Part shown: piece after piece, positions 37,658 through 45,957 of the stretch | Layout of the letters: each line of letters opens with the position of its first letter | Numbering within the stretch: the stretch's first letter is position 1 | Assembly: GCA_024742665.1 (NCBI GenBank) | Contig: JANSYA010000001.1 | Location: 570,425-634,424, forward strand | Length of the DNA stretch: 64,000 bases | Direction: 5' to 3' | From: a bacterium | GTDB taxonomy: Bacteria > Spirochaetota > Leptospiria > Leptospirales > Leptonemataceae | Made by a program: the position numbers and the translations under genes | The notes under the pieces: model-generated | Seen by the model: the letters and a program-made list of their open reading frames with translations, nothing else | Databases searched by the model: none | What the model was told of the DNA's origin: nothing

Positions 37658-38209
37658 TCAGAGCAGGGCGCCGTATTCTTCGCGCAGAATTTTACGATGG
37701 CGTTTGTACTCCGGATCGAAGCGTTCTACAAGGGTCCAGAAATCCGGGCCGTGGCCCCGGTGATGGATATGAGCGAGTTCGTGCACGATTAAATAACGTG
37801 TTAATTCCGGCGGCAGCTGCGCCGCCCGCAGATTCAGCATAATGCGCCGCGTATGATGGGAGCAACTGCCCCAGCGCGTATTCGCCCGGCGCACCGTCAG
37901 CTTCCACAGAGGCATTCCCATCTCCTGCGTGATCGCTTCGAAGATCGGCGTGAGTTTGCGCAGGGCTGTGCGGCGATCCGGTTCCGGCGGTATTTCACGC
38001 GAGCCGCGGGCTTCGTTCAGTCGCAGGCGACGATTCACGAAGCGCCGGTGTTTGCGAATCAGGCCTTCGGCGAATTCCTGATTTTCGTTTTTTCGATCGC
38101 CGATGATGATTTCGACGCGGTTTTCTCTGGTGACGCCCAGGCGATAGCCGCCGCGAAATTTGCGATCGAAATGGATGATATAGTCGGGATACTCCGGCGC
38201 CGGATTCAT
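37658..38209 (-). CDS. YgjP-like (DUF45) zinc metallopeptidase / M48-WLM family
   Basis: 183 aa; C-terminal HEXXH LIVHELAHIHHRGHGPDFW typical of the YgjP/SprT-like family. 3-bp gap to the downstream methyltransferase. Confidence 0.7.
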   Translation of the reverse strand: MNPAPEYPDYIIHFDRKFRGGYRLGVTRENRVEIIIGDRKNENQEFAEGLIRKHRRFVNRRLRLNEARGSREIPPEPDRRTALRKLTPIFEAITQEMGMPLWKLTVRRANTRWGSCSHHTRRIMLNLRAAQLPPELTRYLIVHELAHIHHRGHGPDFWTLVERFDPEYKRHRKILREEYGALL

Positions 38210-38241
38210 TGCGGTTTGTTGCGAATTATCGCGAGGGCGAT

Positions 38242-39183
38242 TCAGGCGGGCTTGCGAATTTCGTAGCCGACCACCGGAAAGTGCACGATCACTTCGCCGG
38301 CGCGTTCATCGATGCGGCGCAGGGCGATTTCATTGCCGACCAGTTTTACCAGCTCGCCCTGCACGGGATCGAAGCCGTAATCGGTCGCGACGATTTCGAT
38401 CGTGTCCCCCGCTTTCCATTCGGGGTGTTCGACGAGGGCCTGATCCGGCGGAGGCGGCGGCGTTTTTTTCGCGAGTTCGACCGCGGCCGCGCTTTCGAGT
38501 TGATCGACAGGATCCTGGCGAAAGCCGTCGATGCGTTTGATCCATTCTTTCACGCGCGGATATTCGGCAAAAGGATCCTCTACGTTTGCGCGGTTTTGAA
38601 TGAACCACATGACGTGATGGGACGCGAAGTCCGCGATGCTCGGCGAAGGTCCGCAGATGTACGGACCCTCATGGCCCAGCTGAACCTCCAGCGGGCCGAT
38701 AAAAGAATCGAAGTGCGTCGGAGCGAGGTCCGGCGGCACATGAATGACGCGCGAATCCTGCATCATCTTCGTGCGGTCTTTTAACAGGCCGACCATCTCC
38801 CGGCGCGACATGCCTTCCGGAGCTCTCGCCGTCCCGCCGCCCTGGGGCTGGAACACGAGCATCGCGGCGATGCGAAACAGCGTCTGGTCCGCGAAGGCCG
38901 CGATCATGCGCGAAGCGCCGGCCACCGGAGCGGGATAGAGCGTCGGCTCCGGTTTCAAACGTTCCAGCACGTCGGCGATCAGATTCGTATCGCAATAGAT
39001 GTGCGCGCCGATTTGCAAGAGCGGCGCTTTGCGGTAGCCGCCGGTCAGCGCGAGCTGGTCCGGTTTGGGCAGAACCTGCGGTTGCAGCACGGAACGATAG
39101 GCGAGTCCTTTGAATCCCAGGATGGTGCGAATTTTTTCGGAGTAGGGCGAAGCTTCGTAGTGATGTAAAATCAGTTCGTTCAT
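38242..39183 (-). CDS. Glutathione S-transferase family protein
   Basis: 313 aa; N-terminal thioredoxin-like GST domain (MNELILHHYEASPYSEKIRTIL…), C-terminal helical domain. Confidence 0.6.
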   Translation of the reverse strand: MNELILHHYEASPYSEKIRTILGFKGLAYRSVLQPQVLPKPDQLALTGGYRKAPLLQIGAHIYCDTNLIADVLERLKPEPTLYPAPVAGASRMIAAFADQTLFRIAAMLVFQPQGGGTARAPEGMSRREMVGLLKDRTKMMQDSRVIHVPPDLAPTHFDSFIGPLEVQLGHEGPYICGPSPSIADFASHHVMWFIQNRANVEDPFAEYPRVKEWIKRIDGFRQDPVDQLESAAAVELAKKTPPPPPDQALVEHPEWKAGDTIEIVATDYGFDPVQGELVKLVGNEIALRRIDERAGEVIVHFPVVGYEIRKPA

Positions 39184-39251
39184 TCAAAGGCCTTATCGTG
39201 TTATAGTATAGTCGTGGAATTGGGCAGAATCTAAATGATCCCCGGGAGCCG

Positions 39252-40598
39252 TCATCCAGAATCTCGTAAAATTCCCCGGAGCGCCAGCAGGCCTGCGATC
39301 GGTCCCGGCGCGAGGACGACGAACAACCACGCCGGATTGCTGATCGTCGTCGCCCACCAGCCGAGCACTTCGATACTGACGATCGTTAAAGCAAAGCCGA
39401 TCGAATTGACGATAGTCAGAGCGGAACCCACCAGCTCGCGGGGAGCGGTCGCGGCGACGAGCGCGGAGAACTGAGGCGAGTCGCCGATGACGGTGAAGCC
39501 CCACAGCAGCATGCCGGCCAGAGCCAGGGGAAGCGGCACCACGTCCCAAAAGAGCAGCGGCGAAAGCAGGCACATTCCGCCGGAAATCGCCAGCTGCGAG
39601 AAAGCCACCCGGGCGCTGCCGATCCGCAGGGAAATATAGCCGCCGATCGCGCAGCCGAAAAAACCGATCGCGATTATCAGAAAACTCCACAGAGAGATAT
39701 TCGCATCGCCGACGCTGATGGCGTGTCCAGGCGCGCTTTTCGAAAAGAGCGCGGCCAAAAAGATCGGCGTAAAGGCCCAGAAGGCGTAGAGCTCCCACAT
39801 GTGGCCGAAATAACCGAGCGCCGCCCGGCGAAAGTCGCCGTCGCGAAAGATCGTGAAAATCGTCGGAGCGGAGCTCGTTAGTGCGGGCGTCGCACTAACT
39901 GAATGTGAAAATGGATTAGCTTGTGATATATTCTCCCTCGGCTGCTGATCTTCATATTCGCTTTTGTGCTCGCGTGCCGGCTCGCGCTTCTGTAAAAACG
40001 GGCCGTCGGGAACGAGTATATAGAGCGCGAAACCGCCCACGACCGCCAGCAGCGAAACCAGTCCCAGAATGATGCGGGCGCGCTCAGGACCGCCCGCCGC
40101 CGTTGCCTCAAGCAGCCCCGCCGATCCGAGAGCCTGCAGCAAATGCGGAAAGGCCGTGCCCAGCACGAGGGCGCCGACCAGCAGGCCGAGAGCGCTGCCC
40201 AGTCCGCGTTCGTACCAGCCGGCGGCGACCTTCATGCCCACCGGGTAGATGCCGGCCAGAAAGAACCCCGTGCAAAATCGCATGATCATCAGCGAAGCGA
40301 CGTCCCAGGCGACATAGGCCCCGGCCAGATTCGCCAGCGCTCCCGCGAGACTGGAGAGCAGAAACACCAGGCGGGGCGAGGCGCGATCGGCGACGGCGAA
40401 TAGAGCGAATACAAGCGTCCCGCAGATAAAACCGAGCTGCACCGCCTGGGTGATCCACTGGAGTTCCCTGGCGCCGCCCGCGCCGGCCAGTTGCAAATCT
40501 CCGAGCACCGCGTTGCCTGCGAACCAGAGCGAGGTGCCGGCGAACTGCGAAAATACAATCGCGGGCAGTAACATTGCGTGGCCGGGGCGCTGAGTCAT
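39252..40598 (-). CDS. MFS transporter
   Basis: 448 aa, about 12 TM segments; MFS-type loop motifs. A cytoplasmic central loop carries a charged insert. Confidence 0.75.
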   Translation of the reverse strand: MTQRPGHAMLLPAIVFSQFAGTSLWFAGNAVLGDLQLAGAGGARELQWITQAVQLGFICGTLVFALFAVADRASPRLVFLLSSLAGALANLAGAYVAWDVASLMIMRFCTGFFLAGIYPVGMKVAAGWYERGLGSALGLLVGALVLGTAFPHLLQALGSAGLLEATAAGGPERARIILGLVSLLAVVGGFALYILVPDGPFLQKREPAREHKSEYEDQQPRENISQANPFSHSVSATPALTSSAPTIFTIFRDGDFRRAALGYFGHMWELYAFWAFTPIFLAALFSKSAPGHAISVGDANISLWSFLIIAIGFFGCAIGGYISLRIGSARVAFSQLAISGGMCLLSPLLFWDVVPLPLALAGMLLWGFTVIGDSPQFSALVAATAPRELVGSALTIVNSIGFALTIVSIEVLGWWATTISNPAWLFVVLAPGPIAGLLALRGILRDSG

Positions 40599-40789
40599 TG
40601 CATGTTAAGAAACGGTTCGCCGCCAATGGTTACGATTTCGCGATGCGTCCCGAGAGCTCGTTTCGAATTAATCGATTGACGTACGGCGCGGCGCGGCGCC
40701 AGAATCGGCCCCGCGTTGTTCGATAAACGTCGCACTGGAACTGCGCTTTCGCTCAGCCTCAAGCTCCGGTCCGGGATAGAAGGATTCTC

Positions 40790-42157
40790 ATGATTCGCAA
40801 ATATTTCATCGCCGCACTGCTCTGTATTGCGATCGTCTGGAACGGTCCCGCTTTCGCCTGGAGCGAACACGCCCTGGGCGCCTATCCGGCCCTGGGGGCT
40901 CTGCCCGAGATCGCGGATGCCGGCGATATTCGAGTCGAACGCTTCGAAGACTTTTTGCGCGCCGAGCAGGCCGGGCTGGTGGAAGTGCTCAAAGAGCAGG
41001 AGCAGTGGGCCCGGGAAAATATGTCGGCTTACGCTCCGCTGCCGGCCGAGTTCGAATTCCAGGTCGGTCCGGATGGAGAGAGCGATGCGGATCTGCGCCA
41101 GCGCTTCTTGCAGGCCCTGCGCGTACATCCCGGCGTGCGTCTGGAATATTACGTACAGCTTTTGCCCGGACGCAAGTGCGTGAATCGTCCGCGGCTTTCG
41201 CACTTGAAAGTGAGCGTCTTCAGTGAAGCCAACAGCGGTTCATTGGCGCGTCTTCGTTTCTGCGCTCTGCGCCCGGGCGGCGCGGTCAGCCCGCTGGAAG
41301 TGGCGGCGACGGCGATCGACGAACCGGACTTCGGCCACGACATCAATCTCTGGGAAGACAGTCCCTCGGAGTTCGGACCGACTTTTAATTTCGGGAATCT
41401 ATCTTTCGGCGATCCCAAGCTGTACTATGCGACCCAGGCGCCCTTTCATATGGGCTTTTATCATGAGTCCTGGCTGTTGTACGCGGTGGCCGGTTTTATC
41501 AAGCGGACCTATCCCGACTATCGCACGCGGCTCTATGAGCGACTGGCGCGTTACGCTTTCGAAACGGGCCACGACTACTGGGGCTACCGTTTTATGGGCT
41601 GGGGCCTGCACTACGTCACCGATCTCACGCAGCCTTATCACGCGACCGTCGTCCCCGGACTGAGCACGGCCTATATGCTCTGGATCAATTTCATCGCCAC
41701 GATCGGCTTTACCGAAGCGAAAGACGATGCGATCCAGCTGGTCTCGAACCGGCACACGGCGCTCGAAGAATTTCAAATGCAGATGATGCATCGCGCGTAT
41801 CGCAAAGAGCTGGAGGACCCGGAAGCCGCGCCGAATCCGGTGATCGCCGCCGCGACGCGTACGGAGCTCGACGCCGCGACTCCGCCCTACGACGATGATT
41901 ATTTTCGCGACGTGCTCAGCGCCGAGTCGCACGCCCAGGCCGACATGATCGACGAAGCGCTCTCGGCGTACATGCCCCCCGAATTCGTGAACGATCCCGA
42001 CTATCGCTTTTCCGCGGGACAGCGCGGCGAAGTTTATAATGAAGTCGCGAAAAACCGCAAAGACGCGGTCGAAAAAATGAACAAGGCTTTGATTCAGCTC
42101 TTCGAAAGATTTGGCGTGCATTCCCGGGCGTACGCGCGCTCGATTCTTGCGCGCTGA
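40790..42157 (+). CDS. Secreted protein, Zn-dependent phospholipase C / S1-P1 nuclease superfamily-like
   Basis: Signal peptide MIRKYFIAALLCIAIVWNGPAFA, then mature N-terminus WSEHA (the W1…H pattern that ligands Zn in PLC/P1). Later His/Asp clusters: DEPDFGHD, FHMGFYHESW, HDYWGYRFMGWGLHYVTDLTQPYHA. Confidence 0.4.
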   Translation: MIRKYFIAALLCIAIVWNGPAFAWSEHALGAYPALGALPEIADAGDIRVERFEDFLRAEQAGLVEVLKEQEQWARENMSAYAPLPAEFEFQVGPDGESDADLRQRFLQALRVHPGVRLEYYVQLLPGRKCVNRPRLSHLKVSVFSEANSGSLARLRFCALRPGGAVSPLEVAATAIDEPDFGHDINLWEDSPSEFGPTFNFGNLSFGDPKLYYATQAPFHMGFYHESWLLYAVAGFIKRTYPDYRTRLYERLARYAFETGHDYWGYRFMGWGLHYVTDLTQPYHATVVPGLSTAYMLWINFIATIGFTEAKDDAIQLVSNRHTALEEFQMQMMHRAYRKELEDPEAAPNPVIAAATRTELDAATPPYDDDYFRDVLSAESHAQADMIDEALSAYMPPEFVNDPDYRFSAGQRGEVYNEVAKNRKDAVEKMNKALIQLFERFGVHSRAYARSILAR

Positions 42158-42265
42158 AATCGTATCGATATGAAATAGAGCGATAAAGCGATCGAACGCA
42201 CAGACAGGACGCCGCCAGCAACTCGCAGCGCGGAATCCGGGAGTGCGCACGTTACGCGAAAGGCC

Positions 42266-43924
42266 ATGACTTCCATCTTTCGAAAACTACGCGAAGCCGG
42301 CCGCGGATTCAAAGATCGCCTGCGCGGCGCCGGCAGCGGCGATTCTTCGGAGACGCCGGCCGCCGCCGAAACCACGGATCCATCGCGCGCCGCGAGCGCG
42401 CCGCCGATTCCGCCGCAAGATCTGGAGCGCATGCAGCAGCTCGGTCGCCTGCGGGTCATCGAACCCTTCGAAGGCTGGCAGCACTTAGAGGCGGTTCGTA
42501 AAACCATGACCTCGATTGAAAAGGGCGTGGACCGCGCTCTGGACTGGGGCCGCGGAGTGCGCGACAATCTTAAAGAGCGCGACTCAGTGCGCAAAGCGGG
42601 CGCCTGGATATCCCGGCAAACTTCGAGCGCGAGTGCGGACGGCGAAAATGAGAGCGAAGGCGGGCTCGGCCAGGCCGCCAGAAAGGCCGTCGCTCCAGCC
42701 CGGGATTTCGCTCAGCGAAGCTACCGCGACGCGGGGGAGTGGCTGCGAACCACGGGCCTGGAGAACGTGCAGGAAACTCTGGAGTATCTGCTCGCGCATG
42801 ATCCGGCGGCCTGGGTGCGCAAGCGGGCCGCGAAGATTCTGAATCGTCCCGAACTGAAATCCGTGCGCGATTCCGAAGCGGCCTTCGCCGCCATGCGCGA
42901 ACTATCGCCGGAGGAACGCGAGCAACTGGTCGACGAGCTGTATCCCTATGATTTGCCGGGCTTTGCGCCGTACATGAAAGCCGTGGATCTTACGGTCAAC
43001 GTGGGACTCGGAGCGGTGGTCGCGACGAATCTGCCCGGCACCGGTTCGCTCGTACATCTGATTAATATGATCAAAACGATCTTTAAGATCGCCCACCGTC
43101 TGCATATGATGTCGACGATTCACGGCGCCGCGATTCGCGACCCGAACGCCTTGTTTGTAGTCAGCGCGAAAATTCTACAGTCCCTCCAGGGCTGGGAGGC
43201 GGCGGCCGATCACCGTCCCCTGGATTCGGCGGTGCTCGACGAGCTGTACGCCGCGGCCGGCGACGACGAAGCCCGGGCCCTGCCGGCCCTGTTGGGCGCG
43301 TCGCTCAAAAAGGATTTGTATATCAGCGTGCCCGGAGTCGGAACTGTAGGCGTCGGCAAGATCAGCCTGGACGACGCGCGTCTCGATCACTATATCCGCG
43401 CCTTCGTCAACAGCCACTTCGATCGTCGCCGGCTGGACGCGAGCTACGGTCCCGAGCGCGTCGCGGGGCGGATCGCGGAATTCGCGGCCGTGTACGCCGC
43501 CTTTCGCCGCCGGGATTATTTTCCAGAGATGCGTCGCCGCCTGAAAGCCCGGGATGAGGCCGAACACCGCCGTCAGGAAGAGCAGGAAAATCAGAAACGC
43601 GAGCGGGAGCAGCAGCAAGCGGAAAAACAGACGGCGGCAGTGGCCGGAAAAATGAAGGCGGCAGCGAGTCGCCTGTTTCGCAATATATCCCGCGGCTACG
43701 CGGCGATCGCGAAAGACGAATACTTCGAAGAGCTATCGGAGACTCTGGATCAATACGCCCGGGAAGTCTACAATCGACGCGCGGCCCGGCTGGATGCCGA
43801 TGGTGCGAAGCCGGCCGGCGGGAATGATGCGCGAGCTTCGCTACAGGCGAATGCAACGGAAGCCCGCTGGCAGGAAGGCGACGTGCTGATCGAGCGCGAA
43901 GTCGACGGCATGCTTGCGGGATAA
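42266..43924 (+). CDS. EcsC-family-like protein with long charged N- and C-terminal extensions
   Basis: Central segment NVGLGAVVATNLPGTGSLVHLINMIKTIFKIAHRLHMM resembles the conserved EcsC core. The C-terminus is a charged coiled-coil (…RRQEEQENQKREREQQQAEKQ…). Confidence 0.4.
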   Translation: MTSIFRKLREAGRGFKDRLRGAGSGDSSETPAAAETTDPSRAASAPPIPPQDLERMQQLGRLRVIEPFEGWQHLEAVRKTMTSIEKGVDRALDWGRGVRDNLKERDSVRKAGAWISRQTSSASADGENESEGGLGQAARKAVAPARDFAQRSYRDAGEWLRTTGLENVQETLEYLLAHDPAAWVRKRAAKILNRPELKSVRDSEAAFAAMRELSPEEREQLVDELYPYDLPGFAPYMKAVDLTVNVGLGAVVATNLPGTGSLVHLINMIKTIFKIAHRLHMMSTIHGAAIRDPNALFVVSAKILQSLQGWEAAADHRPLDSAVLDELYAAAGDDEARALPALLGASLKKDLYISVPGVGTVGVGKISLDDARLDHYIRAFVNSHFDRRRLDASYGPERVAGRIAEFAAVYAAFRRRDYFPEMRRRLKARDEAEHRRQEEQENQKREREQQQAEKQTAAVAGKMKAAASRLFRNISRGYAAIAKDEYFEELSETLDQYAREVYNRRAARLDADGAKPAGGNDARASLQANATEARWQEGDVLIEREVDGMLAG

Positions 43925-44063
43925 AGGGAAAGTCAGGCTGTAGTCAGCAGCGTAATGCGTTTGCTGTACGCACCGTTCGAATCTCGCCGCCGTGGCCCGT
44001 AACGATCAAGCGCTTCGTCTTTCTTCGCTATCGCGAATTTTTCGCCTGCGCCCGGCGCGAAAC

Positions 44064-44306
44064 TCAGCTGCCGGCTTTCGCTACGTGTTCTTTGAACTGT
44101 CCGAGCAGCTCTTCGGTACCCGTGAACAGCAGTTCAATCTGATCTTTTTCGAGATCATAGATGACGGGCGTTTTCAGATAGCGAGTGAATTCTTCTTTGC
44201 CGAGATTCGCGGATTGATCGCGCAGAAAAGAATACCAGGTGGCCAGAATCACTTTCAAATGCGTGATTTCTTTTACGGGGAGAGAGATTGCTTTATCCTG
44301 TTCCAT
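44064..44306 (-). CDS. Small hypothetical protein (80 aa)
   Basis: Short ORF with a 4-bp gap to the upstream lipoprotein gene on the same strand. No motifs. Confidence 0.3.
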   Translation of the reverse strand: MEQDKAISLPVKEITHLKVILATWYSFLRDQSANLGKEEFTRYLKTPVIYDLEKDQIELLFTGTEELLGQFKEHVAKAGS

Positions 44307-44309
44307 ATC

Positions 44310-44795
44310 TTAATTGCCGCCAGTCCACCGATTCACCGGATTCAAATAGCAGCGAAACGCCTCGTAGTTACAGTTTGAAGAAAGGGCCACGCCGTTTCGC
44401 ACGTAGTCCGCACAGTTGTTCACGTCCGACAGACGATAGCCGCTTTTCGCATCAATATTAAAACTCAGCTGAATCAGAGGTTCGGCCAGCTCCCGGAATA
44501 GAATCTGGTTTCCCAGAAAATCCGGACTGCTCGAATTCGTCAGAGTGCCCCGTCGCTGGGAACAAATGATCGTACCCGCAATTACCGAATCGGCGATGAT
44601 ATCCGTCGCCTCGTCGCCGCCGATCACCCCGGCGATATAGAGCCCGTCCGTTCCACAGGCCGGCAGAGCGATCAACAAAAGCGTGAACAACACAGCCGCA
44701 AATCGAAGCCGGGCGCTGTCCGCACTGTCGTCGTCGATTTCAGACGCGAGCGCCGGGGCCCGGTCTTTGCTGTTGTTTCGCCAGAGAACCTTCAT
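44310..44795 (-). CDS. Hypothetical lipoprotein
   Basis: Signal peptide with lipobox (…FTLLLIALPACG). Start probably internal to the ORF. Confidence 0.4.
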   Translation of the reverse strand: MKVLWRNNSKDRAPALASEIDDDSADSARLRFAAVLFTLLLIALPACGTDGLYIAGVIGGDEATDIIADSVIAGTIICSQRRGTLTNSSSPDFLGNQILFRELAEPLIQLSFNIDAKSGYRLSDVNNCADYVRNGVALSSNCNYEAFRCYLNPVNRWTGGN

Positions 44796-44937
44796 ACCTT
44801 CTTGGACGGATTTCTCACCGCTGGTTCTTCAAAATACATGCTCGAAAAACTACTGTCACAGACTACACAGGGGACGGTATTTGTAAAATACAATTAAGCA
44901 GCCCCGGTCTTTCGGAGGCCGCGATTCCCGGCGGCGA

Positions 44938-45957
44938 TCAAAAATGATAGCCGACCGAAAACTGCCACTCGACCACGCCGGCCGGAAATTCGACCGGATT
45001 CTTCAGCACAGAAGCCTGGACCAGCCCGAGATTCGGTTCAAACACCGTCTGGGGCGCGACAAATGTATTTACGCTGGAAAGCGGGGTGATGCTGCCGTCG
45101 CGCAAATACCAGAACTCGCCGTCGCCGCCGTTGATCGTCCCGTTCCATTGCCCCAGATAGGTGTAGGTCGCGCGCAGGCCCGTGCGCAGGAATATCGATT
45201 CCGTGATATAGCGCCGCAATCCCAGCTCCAGCCTGGCGATGGTGCCCTGGTTCGAGATCTGGTTGATATTGTACGGCAAAAACTGGTTCGGCGAAAGCAG
45301 CTGGCCTTCCCCGCGCCAGCGCGCCGTTGGAACCAGGCCGAAACCGAATCCGCCTTCCCACTGCCACCGGCGCAGGGGCCGAAAGAAATCCATCTCGCCT
45401 ATATAGTGATAGGTGAACATGAAGTACGGAATATCGAAAGTAAAGCTCAGGTTGGTCAGGGCCAGGTCGCTGCGAAACTCCGTCAGCTGCTGCTCGGGCA
45501 CGACGAACTGTCCGATCGTAATGCCGAAGTATGAGGTCTCATCGTCGAAGATGCCCAGGCGCACGAAGGCTTCGACGGAATGGAAGTCCGAAAAGTCGTC
45601 GGTCTGCACCGTATTCAAAACATTGGGCGCGACCGAGGTGCGAAATTTACGCATGCCGCGCGTCAGACGATCTTCCGAGCGCTGGCCGGCCGCGACAGTC
45701 GCGCCGAGTTCGACCGGAATCGCGGACAGGGCTGCGGGCAGGGTCAGCAGGATCAGTCCGCCGGCCAGGAGCGATGTAAATAATACGGCGGCTGAATTCG
45801 ACCGGCTCCGATTGTGGCCGGCCGTCGAATGCGATTCCGGGGCAGCGCGAAAGCGACCCCGCGATTTTAATTGACAGGCCCCCGAGCAGCCACTTGCATT
45901 CTGTCCGGTTTTATATGAACGAACTGCTCTATTTTCCCGAATCTCTCGTGCTCGCAT
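44938..45957 (-). CDS. Putative outer-membrane beta-barrel protein
   Basis: Signal peptide AAVLFTSLLAGGLILLTLPAALSA; the true start is probably near 45800 rather than 45957. Alternating amphipathic strands. C-terminus …EWQFSVGYHF ends in Phe as in OMP beta-barrels. Confidence 0.45.
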   Translation of the reverse strand: MRAREIRENRAVRSYKTGQNASGCSGACQLKSRGRFRAAPESHSTAGHNRSRSNSAAVLFTSLLAGGLILLTLPAALSAIPVELGATVAAGQRSEDRLTRGMRKFRTSVAPNVLNTVQTDDFSDFHSVEAFVRLGIFDDETSYFGITIGQFVVPEQQLTEFRSDLALTNLSFTFDIPYFMFTYHYIGEMDFFRPLRRWQWEGGFGFGLVPTARWRGEGQLLSPNQFLPYNINQISNQGTIARLELGLRRYITESIFLRTGLRATYTYLGQWNGTINGGDGEFWYLRDGSITPLSSVNTFVAPQTVFEPNLGLVQASVLKNPVEFPAGVVEWQFSVGYHF

